From: Callorhinchus milii
Taxonomy: Eukaryota
Assembly (NCBI RefSeq): GCF_018977255.1
Contig: NW_024704743.1
Span: 106,332,001 to 106,396,000 of the forward strand
Direction of reading: 5' to 3'
Length of the DNA: 64,000 bases
This document shows positions 10,079 to 23,032 of the stretch, piece by piece. Position numbers and translations under genes: made by a program. Each line of letters starts with the position of its first letter. Position 1 is the first letter of the stretch. The notes under the pieces are model-generated. The model worked only from the letters and a program-made list of their open reading frames with translations, was not told the DNA's origin and ran no database searches.

Positions 10079-12620
10079 AAACAACAACAAAATTACATTT
10101 GTATAGCTAGTGCCTTTCACGTTGGGAGGACGTCCCAAGGTGCTGGACAATTAGTGTTTTGGACCTGAGCTAGGGATCAGGGCGTGTGGAAGGTGAGACA
10201 GTGGCAGAGCCAGGCGATGTTGCAGAGGTGGAGGGAAAGCAGAGCGGGTCATGGCATGGATGTGGGGTAGAAAAGATTTTTGAAGGTCAAACAAGATGCC
10301 AAAATTCCAGACTGGCTCGGTGTGGTGGAGTGTGCATCCTTGGATGGTGATGCTGTTAGCGTCTGAGGTGTGGAAACACTGAAGAGAGCCAATCAGGAGA
10401 GCCTAAGTCTTGTTGACGTTCAACTGTAGAAAGTTAGCTCTCATCCAGGACTTGATGTCTGACAGACACACTTTCAGGACAGCCGTGGTCCTGGAGTCGA
10501 GGAAGGAGGCAGAGAAATAGAGTTGGGTGTCATCCGCATACATGTGGAAGTTGACCCCGTATCCACAGATGATGTCACCAAGAGGGAGCATATAGATGTT
10601 GAAGAGGAGGGGACCAAGGACGGAGCCTTGAAGAATGCTGCAGGAGATGATGTGGGGGCTAGAGGAGAAACCGGTTGTGGAGACGAAGTGGAGATGGTGT
10701 GAGAGGTAGAATCTGAATCATTCAAGGGCAGAACCATGAAGGTTGAGGTGAGAGGAGAGGCAGTGGAGGAGGATAGAATGGTCAATGGTAGGGAAGGCAA
10801 CAGAGAGGTCAAGGAGGACAAGGATGCAGAGGGAGACCTGGTTGCAGATGGAAAAAATGTCATTTGTCACTTTGACCAAAGCTGTTTCTGTCCTTGGGCG
10901 GAATAGAAACCTGATTGGAGGGGTTCATGAAAGGAATGGTGGGAGAGGAAGGAGCGAAACCGGGAAGCAATGACTCGTTCAAGGAGAACAATGACAACAA
11001 ATTACATTTGTATAGTGCCTTTCAGGTCAAGAGAACCTTGGAAAGAGAATGGGAGGTTAGAGATGGGATAGTAATTTGAGAGCGGGGATGTGCCCAGAGG
11101 GTTTTTTAAGGATAGGAATAATGACGTTCATTTTTAAAGGGTGGGGAATGGTGCCAGTGGACAGGGAGAAGTTTATGATGTCTGTGAGTAGAGGGGCAAG
11201 GAGGTGGAGCTGGGAGGTAAGGAGAGGGGTAGGGATAGGGTCGAGGGAGCAGGTGTTCAGTTTCATGAGGGTTATAGTGGTGATGAGAGAGGAGGGGGCG
11301 ACAGGTTCGACGGTATGGAGGGAGGGATGGGTAGGGGCCGGGGTGTGAGGGGGAGATGCGGAGGGGATAATAGATGGAAGGGCAGAGGCAGCTGAGCAGA
11401 TCCCCTTGACTTTAGTTTCGAGGAAGTCCAGCATCACCTCGCAGTTGGCAGAGGAGAGAATGGGCGAGGCGTGAGAAGGTGGGCGGAGGAGCCAGTTGGT
11501 GATGGAGAAAAGAAGCCTGGAGTTGTCCTAACCTCCAAGATTTTCTTGGAGTAGGAGGACGATTTAGCGGAGGCGAGGGCGGAGCAATAAGTTTTGATAA
11601 GGTCCAGCCAGATCTGCCGGTGGACTGTTAAATTAGATTTGAGCCAGGTGCGTTCAGCGACACACACCTGTGCCTTGAGGGAGTGGAGGTGACTGGTGTA
11701 CCAGGGTGACTTCCATAAGTAGAAGGCGGTTCGGTGAGTGAGGGGAGCAAGGGCATTGAGAGTGCCGAAGAGGGAGCTGTGGAGGAGAATGACAGGAGGA
11801 TAGGTCATTGCGGGAGGAAGCCCAGAGCAGGAGGAGTTCAGATGACTCCCAAGGCAGTGGAGAGGCAGGGGGGGATTTTTTTCCAGGGCGGGAGGAGATG
11901 GAGGTGGGTTGGGTGGCGGTGGGAGAGGGATTGAGGAATTAAGGGAGATGAAGTAATGGTCCAAGATAGCTTTGTTGGTGATGGTGAGGTTCGAGGCGGT
12001 GAGGCCCCCGGGTTGAGTGCGTGACCACAGTTGTGGGTGGCGGAGTGGTTGTAGAGGTAGAGGTTGAGAGAGGAGGGAGGAGAAGTCAGCAAAGGTAGAG
12101 CAGGAAGGGGTGAAGTGAAGGTTGAAGTTGCTTAGGATGGGGAGGTGTTTGGAGCAGAGAGAGGGGGAAGGTAGGATGGTGGTGATGCGGAGGAGGGCTT
12201 GGGGATGCAAAAGATAAGGAGAATTTTGAGGGAAAGGTTGGAGGGATGATAAATGGTAAGGCGCTCAAAGGAGGGGAAGATTCCAGAGGAGTAAGGGGAT
12301 AGGCCGAGTGGGGACCGGGAGATGAGAGCCACACCGCCACCAGGTCAGTTAGGTTGTGGGGTATGATGGAAGGTGTAGCTGGGTGGTATGGCCTCTGTCA
12401 GGGGGAAGGTGTCACCCGGAGTGACCCAGGTTTCGGTGAGGGCGAGAATGTCTATATTTTCATCGATAATGAGGTCTGGATGGTGAGTGTTTTATTGGAG
12501 CGGGAGCTGATATTTTGTAGGCCGATGCGGAGGGGACAGTTGGTGGCAGAATGTGGGGGGGGGAGGATTGACAGGGAGGGTGGGGATGTGGATGAGAGAG
12601 GAGAGATTGGCCCCCGGGGT
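10079..12620 (-). mobile_element. L2-clade LINE with APE endonuclease and RT remnants (may extend to about 13140)
   Basis: Minus strand IIDENIDILALTETWVT (about 12420-12470) and GGGVAL (APE endonuclease); [11 protein letters not shown] (RT); (TTG)n tail at 10079-10090. Many frameshifts and deletions. Confidence 0.9.
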
Positions 12621-15386
12621 CACTGAGTGATGTGGCCTTGTGACAAGAATGGGGAAATAGGGCAGCCGGAGTGGCTGCTGTTGGACAGCCAGCGCTGCAT
12701 GCCACGGCGGGCCCGACGAAGGATTCGCAGGCTGGAGCAGAGGGAGGCTGTGGGACAGCCGAGCAGGGATAGGAGTCGGGGAGGGTGGTGGGAGAGAAGG
12801 AACGATCAGGAGTAGTGGAGGGTACAGAACAGGGATGGAAACATTTTGAGGAAGCAGCTTGGGTCAGTAGTGGCAGCCAAAATGCACACGCCAAGACTAA
12901 GAGCGAACGGAGGGGTGGGGTGGGGGTCTATGGTCAGCATGGCATGGTTAGCCCACCCACTGGCATGGATCATCATGGGGAGGCGGGCACAATGTTATAG
13001 TCTCAGTGAGTCTAGGCTCAGAAATTCAAAGGTGGTGGGCGGATGTGATGTCACCCGGCAGCCAATTTCTGGATGGATGTTGACTCGGAGAGTCAGCAAT
13101 GGCACTTTGGACCAGCCGAGGTGACGAATCCCACGCTGGCTTCTCACTTCAAATTATCTCATTTTGACGATACTACATCAAATGCAAGTAGCATTGTGAA
13201 CTGTTGGGTGTGTATTCACCTCTAATTCTGCATATGTAGATGTACTGTTCTCAGTCACGTGGTAATGAAAGCGCTCTGGGACTTTACCCCGTTTGAAGGG
13301 CGCTAAATAAATGCAACTTGTTGTTGTTGTTGTCGTCAGGGCTCCATGAGTGTAAGGTCCCTTTGAACCTTTCATCTCCTGGTGAGAAAGTAGAGTTGGG
13401 TGGCATCTTGCCAGTGAATAGTGTTTCAAGCGACAATCAAAGGGGAAGGAGAGAAAATACCTTAAAAACAAGATGATAATTTCAAAAGGAAAGTTAATAA
13501 CTGCCTGATATAAATTATAAAACAGCAACTTGAATACAACAGTTATGGTGCCAAAAAGATGACAGCTTTGATCCAGAACCAGAAGATTGAGTAACTGCCT
13601 TAAAGTTCTTGCCAGATATTTGTTCCTTCTGATGTTGTTCTATTATTTTAGAACAAAGTTAACTTTTTTTAAATCCCAACCGTTGCGTGGTGGGACATAT
13701 GTATAGAAGACATGGTATTGCCAAAATGGCCAACTGTAAGGCAAACATCATCGGGATGCTATGGTTACAGAGCATAATTTTTTTTTTGTTGTTCAGCATG
13801 TAATGCTCTGGCTTGGCTTGCAGCGCTGCTGTTGATTTTCATCCCTGACCAAGTGCAAAACTCAGCTGTAGGGTGGTCCATCAAGCACTGAGTGGAGGGG
13901 GAAGAGTAGAGACACTACATCTTACGGCATCTGATAGTTGTGTTTGATTGAACTTTTTCTATTGGTGAAAATAGTGTAGAATTTTGTCTTCTCACTTCAT
14001 GGAGGTATTTATTTCAGAACATCTCTTAAGATGCTGTCATCTGTCTGTGTCTGGTTTACATACTTCTGGAGGTGGGAAGAAGATATGGGGTTCAATTGTT
14101 AACTTGGGATTGTCCTAAACTGATAAAATTACGTAAGATTGCAATGAGAATTAGGTCACTTTAAAGGTCAAGAGTTGAAAATAAATAATCCTTGCCTTTG
14201 GTATACAATGTAATATTATATTTGTATGGAGTCTTTCACGTGAGGAGGACATCCCAAGACACAGGACAGTCAGGGATTTGGACTCGAGCAAGGTGGGGGA
14301 GGGGTGGGGTTGGGATCAGGGAGTGGGAGGGCAGAGGGGTAGGAGGGTGGCTGAAGGTATGGTTAAAGAGGAGGGTCTTGCGTCGTGCCTTGAAGGACCA
14401 ATGGTTGGGCGGGCAGGCAGACGGGGCTTCAGGTTAACATCTTAACTGAAGTACGGCACCTCCAATGATGCAGCACCCAGCACTGTAGTAGTGTCAGCCT
14501 CCACTATAAAGGTCCGATTTGGGGTTTGAATCCACAACCTTCTGCAGTTTGCTTGTGCAATAATGTTCTTTTACTATAAGTGGCATTGATGAGTTAGATT
14601 ATTGCTAACCTTCCCTTCTTTGGTAGATTTTCACTGCTGTAGTAATACTATTTGGTGTTGTATGTATTTTCTTTAAATCTGTTGTTCTTATACATTTTTC
14701 ATAATAATCCTTGCATTTGATATAGCGCCTTTCATATCAGGAGGTGAAGCGCTTCACAGGATTTCCTGGAAAATGTAGTCACTGTATTTTATAGGCAAAC
14801 CAAACTCCTACTGCAGAGTTTGTAATTTTGGAAGTGTATAATGAGAATTGAGAAAACTCAAAAAGGTTGGGTAATTTTATTGGAAAGAAAGAACGTGTTT
14901 ATTGTTCCATAACCACATCAACATATTCCAAAGCACTTTACAGGTATTTGATATCAAGTGTAGGCAAACAATAAAGTAATTTGTGCCAAGATTGTTGCCC
15001 AAGACACTGGCAAAAACCCCCTTCATTTTGAGGAGTGCCATAAAATCTTTTTTATGTTCACCTGAACATTCAGATGGTATCTCATCTAAACTACTTCTGT
15101 CAGCCATGAGAGTTCAAGGTCTAATAGGGGGCTTGAGCCCACATGTTTCTGACCCAGAAGCAAGAATGTTACCAACTGAGCCAAGCCTACACCAGCGTAG
15201 AATTGTGGGACACTGCTGTGCACAATTGGCTGTCACGTTTCGCCCACAAAATATACAATCAATTCACTTTACAGTGTATTCTGCGAAGGGCTTTGAGGCG
15301 TCGCAACAACGGGATAAGGCACTATATCAAATGCAAGGATTCTTATATTATTTTTTAAAATTATGATTGCTGATTGTTCTTTATAG

Positions 15387-15556
15387 ATGTACAAAAGGAA
15401 GAAGGAAAGAGTGACGAAGACTCAAATTCCAATGCTGAATCCACTCTTAATGCTATGGAGATGCAGGAAGAAAGTGAAATGGATTCTGAGGCTGAGCTAA
15501 TGGCAAGTATGGGATTGCCCCTCCAATTTGGAAGGTCAACCCATCGGAAGCCAGTG
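15387..15556 (+). CDS. TGS1: TGS1 coding exon 3
   Basis: TTATAG| acceptor; contains the conserved DSEAELMASMGLPLQFGR. Donor GTG|GTAAGA; phases 1 to 0. Confidence 0.95.
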
Positions 15557-16155
15557 GTAAGACACATTTTAGAATTTAGACCCTATGAGGGAATTTTAGT
15601 ATATATATATATATGTTAAAAAGGCACATTTTGAATTCACAAATTTAATATAGAATTTTGTGATGAAGTGCAATACTGTGCAAAATGTAATCCAAAAAGT
15701 GAGAGGTCACCAATTTGTTTGGGGAAAGGTGGGCTCATTTGCCTGAGGGTGAACATGCTCTGATGTTATTGTCATCAGTTATCATCCAGATAGTTTACTG
15801 TAGATTCTAAGACAATACCTCACTATTTTCTTTTTCAAAAGTGCGTCTAACAAGTTACCTTTCAAAAGGTGTTTTACAAGTCAATTAAACAGATGTAGAA
15901 AGTTAGGAAAAACTAAACGCTACAGCTGGCAAGATACAGGATTCTTCTGATGAAATTAGGCTAAAATTGCTTGTCGAATAGTTAAACATTATAAAACCAA
16001 CCTACATCACCAATAACTACACAAATATGCAATATTCCTGCTGCAGATTGAGTGATAAACATTATTTTACCCTGCCTGCCCTTGTATGCAAAAATAAGAA
16101 CTCTATGACTCTCCTTCATTAAGTGAATATTTGTTCATTTTCATTTTTTTGCAAG

Positions 16156-17011
16156 ATAACCAGCTCTTCAAAGAAAAAAATGAAAAAGAAAACAACAACT
16201 TACTGGTGTTCAGAAGAGGTTCTCGGCGTGTGTAAGGAAAGTCCAGGGGAAACACTTAATGTTCTCCCAGATGTCCCTGACGTGAGGTTGGCTCAAGAAG
16301 AAACTGGCATTGATGCAGAGTGCAGACTCGTTAATATTGAAGAAGGCAAACTAAAAAATAATGAGTCTTGTAGCCGTTCCTCTGAAGGAGAACCAATATT
16401 GCAGGTACAACAAACAGCAGATTGGGAAAAATATTGGAATCAATATGGTGAGGGGCTTGTGTGGCAAAGCTGGTTGGACCAATATCCTGATGGGATAGAA
16501 GGTACATCTGTGCCTTGGGATTGTCCCAACACTAAAGATCAATGGCAACAGCATTATAGTGAACAGTACTGGATCTATCATGAGCAGTTTCAATACTGGG
16601 TTTCTCAAGGCTGGTCTGTAGACTGCAACAATGCTACATGCAGTGACCTAGGCATGGATGTGTCTTGTGCAAATGCACATGAATCAGAAGAGCTCCTCGG
16701 TGAACCTGAAAACTCTGCTGATGGAAACTTCACCGAACCAACGATGGATCTGGGCTTTCCATCAAATGCAGAAAGTGCAGTTGAAAACAGCGAAGAAAAT
16801 ATTGGTGGGGAAATTGTCAGTCTGATCAGTAACATAAGACTCAATTCAGGAAATGTCGACAATCCTTCAATGGGTACACAGTGCAGTGCCTACCAGAGTC
16901 CTGCAGATATTGCAAGTTCTGGTGTATGTGTTTCTGATCAGACCGAGCCCTGTGACGGAGGTACCAGTAAAAGATGTGCGTCTGGTGGAGGAACTTCCAC
17001 AGTCCAGTCAG
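16156..17011 (+). CDS. TGS1: TGS1 coding exon 4 (856 nt)
   Basis: Lies within ORF 16123..17016; carries the Trp-rich TGS1 block WEKYWNQYGEGLVWQSW...PWDCPNTKDQWQQHYSEQYW...QFQYWVSQGW. GCAAG| acceptor, G|GTTAGT donor; phases 0 to 1. Confidence 0.93.
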
Positions 17012-17257
17012 GTTAGTGTTGTAAACATTTCCTCAAAATGCCTCCAGTGGTGTCATTGATTTAGAAGCAGATTTGTGAACGAGCCCATATGGGTACGTTT
17101 GGATGGATTTAATAAATTGTGTAATTAAAGAGGTAAATTGTTCATAGCTGGGGAAGAAACAGATTTGTGGGTTGAGTGGCATTTTTCTGATCCCTTATTT
17201 TCTAATGTTTGGAGAACGACAGGTTATCAAGTTGATATGTGCTTATTTTACTTGCAG

Positions 17258-17378
17258 CCCCACATCAAGTTCCAAGTGAAGCTTCAAGGAATAATGGTGC
17301 ACCAAGAATCAGTCAGAGCCATAAAGATGAGGAAGGTGGTGATCCACCAGAATCTAGAGCAGTGAAGTTCAAGCGAAG
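17258..17378 (+). CDS. TGS1: TGS1 coding exon 5
   Basis: TTGCAG| acceptor; ends DEEGGDPPESRAVKFKR(S), compare human EEDPPEHKPSKLKRS. Donor AG|GTAAAC; phases 1 to 2. Confidence 0.9.
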
Positions 17379-17945
17379 GTAAACATATCAAGATCTTATT
17401 TAATCTGGTTTGTTCTACAGTAGAGATCTTATTAACTACATTAATTGGGATTGGGCTCAATGTGAATAAGAATACAGTGTGGATAATTGGACATCAGGCA
17501 AAACACAACTTGGCTAAGGTGCTAACTAAAAATTATTACATTAGGAGATATACTGGTACTGTCACTTGTATCACACTGTGTCAGCCTTCTCTCTCTTTCT
17601 CTACCACACAAACTCTGCCTCTCTCTTACCACTCTTACCTCTTATTCCCCAGTGTGTGTGTGTGGGTCTGTCTGTCTTTCTGTCTCTGTGTGTCACTCTT
17701 TCGCCCTCTACTCTGTCTAAAAGTACTGTAAATCTAAAAATTGGCATCGCTACGGCAAAACAAAACGGTTTGTGTATATGTTCACGTTGCACTCAAAAGT
17801 TGTGTAAGTGAAAAGGTAGTGGGGTACATGGAACTATGTTTGGTTTGGATGCACTGAAGCATTGGGGTGGGTTTCTGCATGTGTCAGGCATCCAACTAAC
17901 CAAAAACCAGTGGTAATGGAAAGTTATTGAAAGAGGGTGAAGAGA

Positions 17946-18248
17946 GTGGAGTCCTGCATCTCAGTGGTTAGAGCACTCGCTTTGCAAGGGAGAGTTCTGG
18001 GTTCGATCCCCGGCAGAGTGAAACCTTGGGCAAGTTTCCTTACTCCATACACCTGATAATAATCCCTCAAGAAAAAAAAATTGGTCATTTCAATCCACAA
18101 CTGTTTGTGGGACACTGCTGTGCGCAATTGGCTGCCTCATTTCGCCCATAAATATACAGTCAATTCATTTTACAGTCTTCTGTGAAGCGCTTTGAGACAT
18201 CTAGAAGACGTGAAAAGCGCTATATCAAATGCAAGGATTATTATTATT
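17946..18248 (+). mobile_element. tRNA-derived SINE, full length
   Basis: GTGGAGTCCTG head with A and B boxes, family body, (TTA)n tail. Confidence 0.9.
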
Positions 18249-18276
18249 AATTAGTATGGTCATTAATATACTTGAC

Positions 18277-20175
18277 TCACAGAATCATAGAATCGTACAG
18301 CACAAAACTAGGCCATTCGACCCATCGAGTTTGTGCCGGCTCTTTGAAAAGAGCAATGTAATGTCAATCCCACTCCCCAGCCCTTTCCCCATAACCCTGC
18401 AAACCCGTCCTCCTCAAATACCCATCCACCGCGTTTTTCAAAGTTGTTATCGAATCGGCCTCCACCACCCTTTCAGGCAATGCGTTCCAGATTCGAACAA
18501 CTCTCTGCGTGAAAAAATTTCTTCTCACCTCCCCTCTGCTTCTTTTAGAGACTATTTTAAATCTGTGACCTCGAGTCACCTACACACCCACCAGTGGAAA
18601 CAGTTTTTCCCTTTCTAACCTATCAAATCCTTTCATGATTTTGAAAACCTCTATTAGGTCTCCTCGTTACCTTCTCTGCTCCAATGAGAATAATCCCAGC
18701 CTCTCTAGCCTTTCCTCATAATCAAGGTCCCTCATTCCTGGTACCATTCTTGTAAATCTCCTCTGCACCGTTTCCAATGCCTTAACATCCTTCCTGTAGT
18801 GTGGTGCCCAGTACTGGGCGCAGTATTCTAACTGAGGCCTAACCAGTGTTTTATATAGGTTAACCATAACCTCCTGACTCTTGTACTCTATGCCCCTATT
18901 TATGAAGCCTAGTTTCCCATATTCCCATTTTACAGCTTTATCTACCTGTCCTGCCACCTTCAAGGATTCATTTACCTGCACCCCCAGGTCTCTCTGTTCT
19001 TTTACCCCCCTTAAGATTGTATTACATAGCCTATATTGCCTTTCTACCAAAATGCATTACCTCGCATTTCTCCACATTGAAATTCATCTGGCATGTGTCT
19101 GCCCATTTTACCATTCTGTCTATGTCTTCCTGCAGTTGGCTACTATCCTTCTCATTGTTTACTACCCTACCTAACTTTGTGTCGTCCGCAAACTTGGAAA
19201 TGGTACTTGCTATACCCAAGTCCAGATCATTTATGTATATTAAGAAGAGCAGTGGTCCTAACACCGATCCCTGGCGAACGCCACTGTACACTTCCCTCCA
19301 GTCAGAAAAGCAGCCGTTCACCACAACTCTCTGCTTTCTGTCTCTCAGACAGTTCTGGATCCATGCTGCCACTGTTCCTTTTATACCATGGGCTTCTATC
19401 TTGATTGAAAAATTGTAGCCAAAGCCTCCGCTATTTGTACCCTTGCCTCCCATAGTGCACTTGGCTGCATCCCGTCCGGACTGGGCGACTTATCTACCTT
19501 CAGCCCAGTCAACCTTTTCAGTACTTCCTTTCTGTTTATACTTATCCTATCCATTTCCTCTACCTTTTCCTCCGATACTGCGACATTTGGTGCATCCACT
19601 TCTTTTGTGAAGACAGATGCAAAGTACTCATTCAGTACATCAGCCATGCCCTCTGCCTCCACAATAAGATTTCCGGCTTGGTCCTTAATTGGCCCCACCC
19701 TACCTTTGACTAACCTTTTTTTCTTGATATGTTTGTAAAATATTTTAGAATTCCCTTTAATGTTACCTGCTAATCTTTTTTCGTATAATCTTTTTGCCCC
19801 TCTTATTTCCTTTTTCAGTTCTCTTCTGCACTTCCTATATTCTATCTGGTTGTCTTCGGTATCTTGGGTTTGACATTTGTCATACGCCTCCTTTTTCTGC
19901 TTCATTCTAGATACAATTACCTTCGTCAACCAGGGAGGTTTGGATGCCTTACTTTTCCCTTTTGTGGGATTGTATTTATTTTGTCCCGAGCTATCTCATT
20001 CTTGAAGATTTCCCACTGCTGTTTAGTTGTTTTACCACCAATTTTTCTTTCCAGTCCACCTTGGCTAGATCCCATTTTAACTCACTGAAATTTTCCCTCT
20101 TCCAGTTGAGTATCTTCACCCTAGATGGTTCCTTGTCCCTTTCCATATGCACCCTGAATCTAATGATGTGATCAA
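18277..20175 (-). mobile_element. CR1-clade LINE, 5'-truncated and frameshifted
   Basis: ORF pieces [21 protein letters not shown]...SKFADDTKLG, LYKTLVRPQLEYC and LGLFSLEQRR; 3' end carries the CR1-type (ATTCTRTG)n repeat. Confidence 0.92.
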
Positions 20176-21186
20176 CTATTAAAGGTGCTGTATCAAATGC
20201 AAATATTTTTATTAAATGCCTTTTTGTTCCAGATAAATACCTGTGTTTTTTTTGGTGAAAGGCAATTGGTGAGAAACAATTTTCACCCAAATGAATTTTA
20301 ATTTTTAAAACCCAACTGTACCTGTTTTGTACCCCCAGAGTTTATGTTGGTGAGTGCATAGCCTGAAACTGGCCTTGCTTCAATGTCAGTTCCGGAATTG
20401 GGCTCATAATGTGATTTGTCTGCAAAAATCTGCATGCAATGCTGGAACACGCTTACCTGCATGTGCATTGTATTGCTTGTGAATTCCCCAAACGAGCATT
20501 GCATTGAGGCAGGTTTCAAGAGGGATTTTCGAAAATAAATCCTGAATTTCCTATTTTTTTTGTCTCAAATCCCCCCCCCCCACACCCCCGATTTTATTCT
20601 GTATTTTGACAGAACAAAATAAACCTGAAAAAAAATTACCCAGGTTTTTATTAGGCTTGATTTGGAGGATCCACGTATTCTGATCTTACACAGCCTTTAG
20701 CTCATGAAACCAAAATTAGTTTATTCAAGAGGTCAGCAATATAAAGCTCATAACATATCCTCAGAACTCTGTGAATTAAAAATAAAAAANTCTTAGAAAT
20801 AAAAAAATCTTAGAAATAAAGAATCTTGTGTCAGATGTCCCAAGCTTGAAGAGGTTTAAAGTTCAGTTGTTCCTTGGGAATGCTGCCTGTGGAAACGAAA
20901 GCTGCCACTGAGGGAAAAAAAACATGATAAAATATGTTGTTACGGTCTAAAAGTTCCTCTTTGATTTTTGAATGGAAGACTGATTTTTAATTAAGGTTAC
21001 TTAGGAGAAATTTGCTATGAAATCTTAAAGTGATTACAAAGAATGAGAACACAATTAACCCTGGAACCATTTTTGGCGCTGTTTAAAACCAGTATTATTT
21101 ATGTTCAGGCATTAATCCTTTGATAAAATAATACTGGCTCGAAACAAGCATCATTGAGACATGATCACACATTAGAGTACATGATT

Positions 21187-21965
21187 TTAAAAGCTCACGA
21201 TTTCCCTCATTTAATGAAAATGTAGCTAACTTTACAAGCAAAATAGCTGCCCATCATTTTTTTAAAAAAAAAGGCTTCGACTATATTTTTAAAGATAATG
21301 TGGACAGCCAGAATCTCAAAACAGAATAGTAAGTCTGTATGATCGCAATCAGATGGATTAGATTCACTGTCTCCAGGCAGAATTAGCTTTTCCAATCCCT
21401 AATACTTTATATTAACAACTAGGCTAATTTGCCTCCTTTCAATATCTTTGCAATGCCAGTGATAAACTGGACAAAAATATTTTAAAGAGCACCAAAAATT
21501 GTTCCAGGGTTAATTGTGCTCTTATTCTTTGTAATCGCTTTAAGATTTCATAGTAACTTTCTCCTAAGTAACCTTAATCAAAAATCAGTCTTTCCATTCA
21601 AATGTATGGGGGAAGCTGTGCGTTGTAAACTAGTGTTCTCTGGAAATTGTCATGTTGTAGGTTGGATTCTCTGCCTTTCAACCATTTATAGCGCTCTGGG
21701 AAATGACCCTGTGTGAAGGGTGCAGTATAACTGCAAGATGTTTTCATATCTTGCAGTTAAAAGCTCATGATTTCCCTCATTTAATAAAAATGTGGTTAAC
21801 TTGGTAAAAATGTGGTTACAAGCAAAATAGCTGCCCATTATTGTTTTTAAAAAAAGCCTTTGACTACATTTTTAAAGGTAAGGTAGGCAGCCAGAATCTC
21901 AAAGCAGAAAATAGTAAGTCTTTATGATCTTAATCAGATGGGTTAGATTCATTGTCTCCAGGCAG
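21187..21965 (+). repeat. Local direct duplication of about 190-210 bp in intron 5
   Basis: 21187-21380 and 21757-21965 align from TTAAAAGCTCA to TGTCTCCAGGCAG with scattered substitutions. Confidence 0.85.
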
Positions 21966-22083
21966 GTCGTGGACCCGAAACGTTGACTTACTTTCCTTTT
22001 TCCATAGATGCTGCCTGATCTGCTGATTGTTCCCAGCGACTTCTGTTTTTGTTTCAGACTTCCAGCATCTGGGGTATTTTGCA
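21965..22083 (+). mobile_element. Penelope-like element terminal fragment
   Basis: GGTC-GTG-GACC-CGAAACGTTGAC...AGATGCTGCCTGATCTGCTGA...TTTCAGACTTCCAGCATCT resembles the shark/ray Penelope-type terminal repeat, as recalled and not searched. Confidence 0.6.
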
Positions 22084-22127
22084 AGATGTTTTCTCATATA
22101 TCTATTTCTATATCCATTTTATTACAG

Positions 22128-22214
22128 TCATGAATTAGATGCTGAGGAGAATCCAACAGTGTCAGTGGAAGATGCCTGTTCATTATTGGGATTCAAACAC
22201 CATGCAGGTGAAAG
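22128..22214 (+). CDS. TGS1: TGS1 coding exon 6
   Basis: TTACAG| acceptor; reads (S)HELDAEENPTVSVEDACSLLGFKHHAGE. Donor AG|GTAAGG; phases 2 to 2. Confidence 0.93.
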
Positions 22215-22860
22215 GTAAGGTTTTTCTATGAGTCTGACAATGCCCACTTCTGCAGTGAGAAGCAATGGACACCCACTTGCAAGTTGCTACTTTAGGCACA
22301 TTACAAAAGGAATGAGATGGGAAGGCAAACCATGTTTGCTCCTGGTATTGCTTCCTGCAAATTGCACGCATTCGTGCCAGATTCCTGTAGTAAAAGGATA
22401 GCCAACGTCAGCAGTGTTTCCTGTACATACTGTACATGCACAATGTGTAGGAAGTGACCTTAGTGGTGCTTCTTGCACACTGCATAAGAAGGGATGGTGG
22501 TTGCGGTGACCTGGACATCAACCATTTTTGTGCACACAGGAAGCTGGCTGATACACAGTACACCCAAAATAAGCAAATCCACTTTACAACAGGGTTGCCG
22601 AATAGCACTATTGAACTGCTCTGACAACATTGTAAAGTTTGCTTATAACTGGTTAAATATTCTAATTTGAGGTTTGTTACTGCTCTTTGTCTTTATTAAA
22701 ATTATTAATCCAACAAATCCACTCTTGGACACACACATTTGACCTGAACACAGCTGCAGGAAAGATTCTGTGTTGCGTTCACTAGTGGTTTTAGCTTGTT
22801 AAAGTTTTTTTCTCTTGGAGAAAATATAACTCAAACATGCCTTTTTTAAAAATATTTCAG

Positions 22861-23032
22861 GTGCAAATCTTCGAATTTTAGTCATGGACATGCACGGTAT
22901 TATAAGAAGGACAGACAACTGAAGTTCAAACAACTTGACATGCATCGACCAGCAAATGCCAAAAATAAGCATATATTTTTTACTGAAGAAGGAGAAGTTT
23001 TGGGCTCCAAGAAGAATAAAACTATAATAAAG
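22861..23032 (+). CDS. TGS1: TGS1 coding exon 7
   Basis: TTTCAG| acceptor; reads CKSSNFSHGHARYYKKDRQLKFKQLDMHRPANAKNKHIFFTEEGE..., with NFSH, LDM and KNKHIFFT as in vertebrate TGS1. Donor AAG|GTAATA; phases 2 to 0. Confidence 0.92.

Noticed and set aside
20775..20830. Short tandem repeat TCTTAGAAATAAAAAAA around the N at 20790
   Set aside because: It flanks an ambiguous base, so it may be a contig-join artefact.
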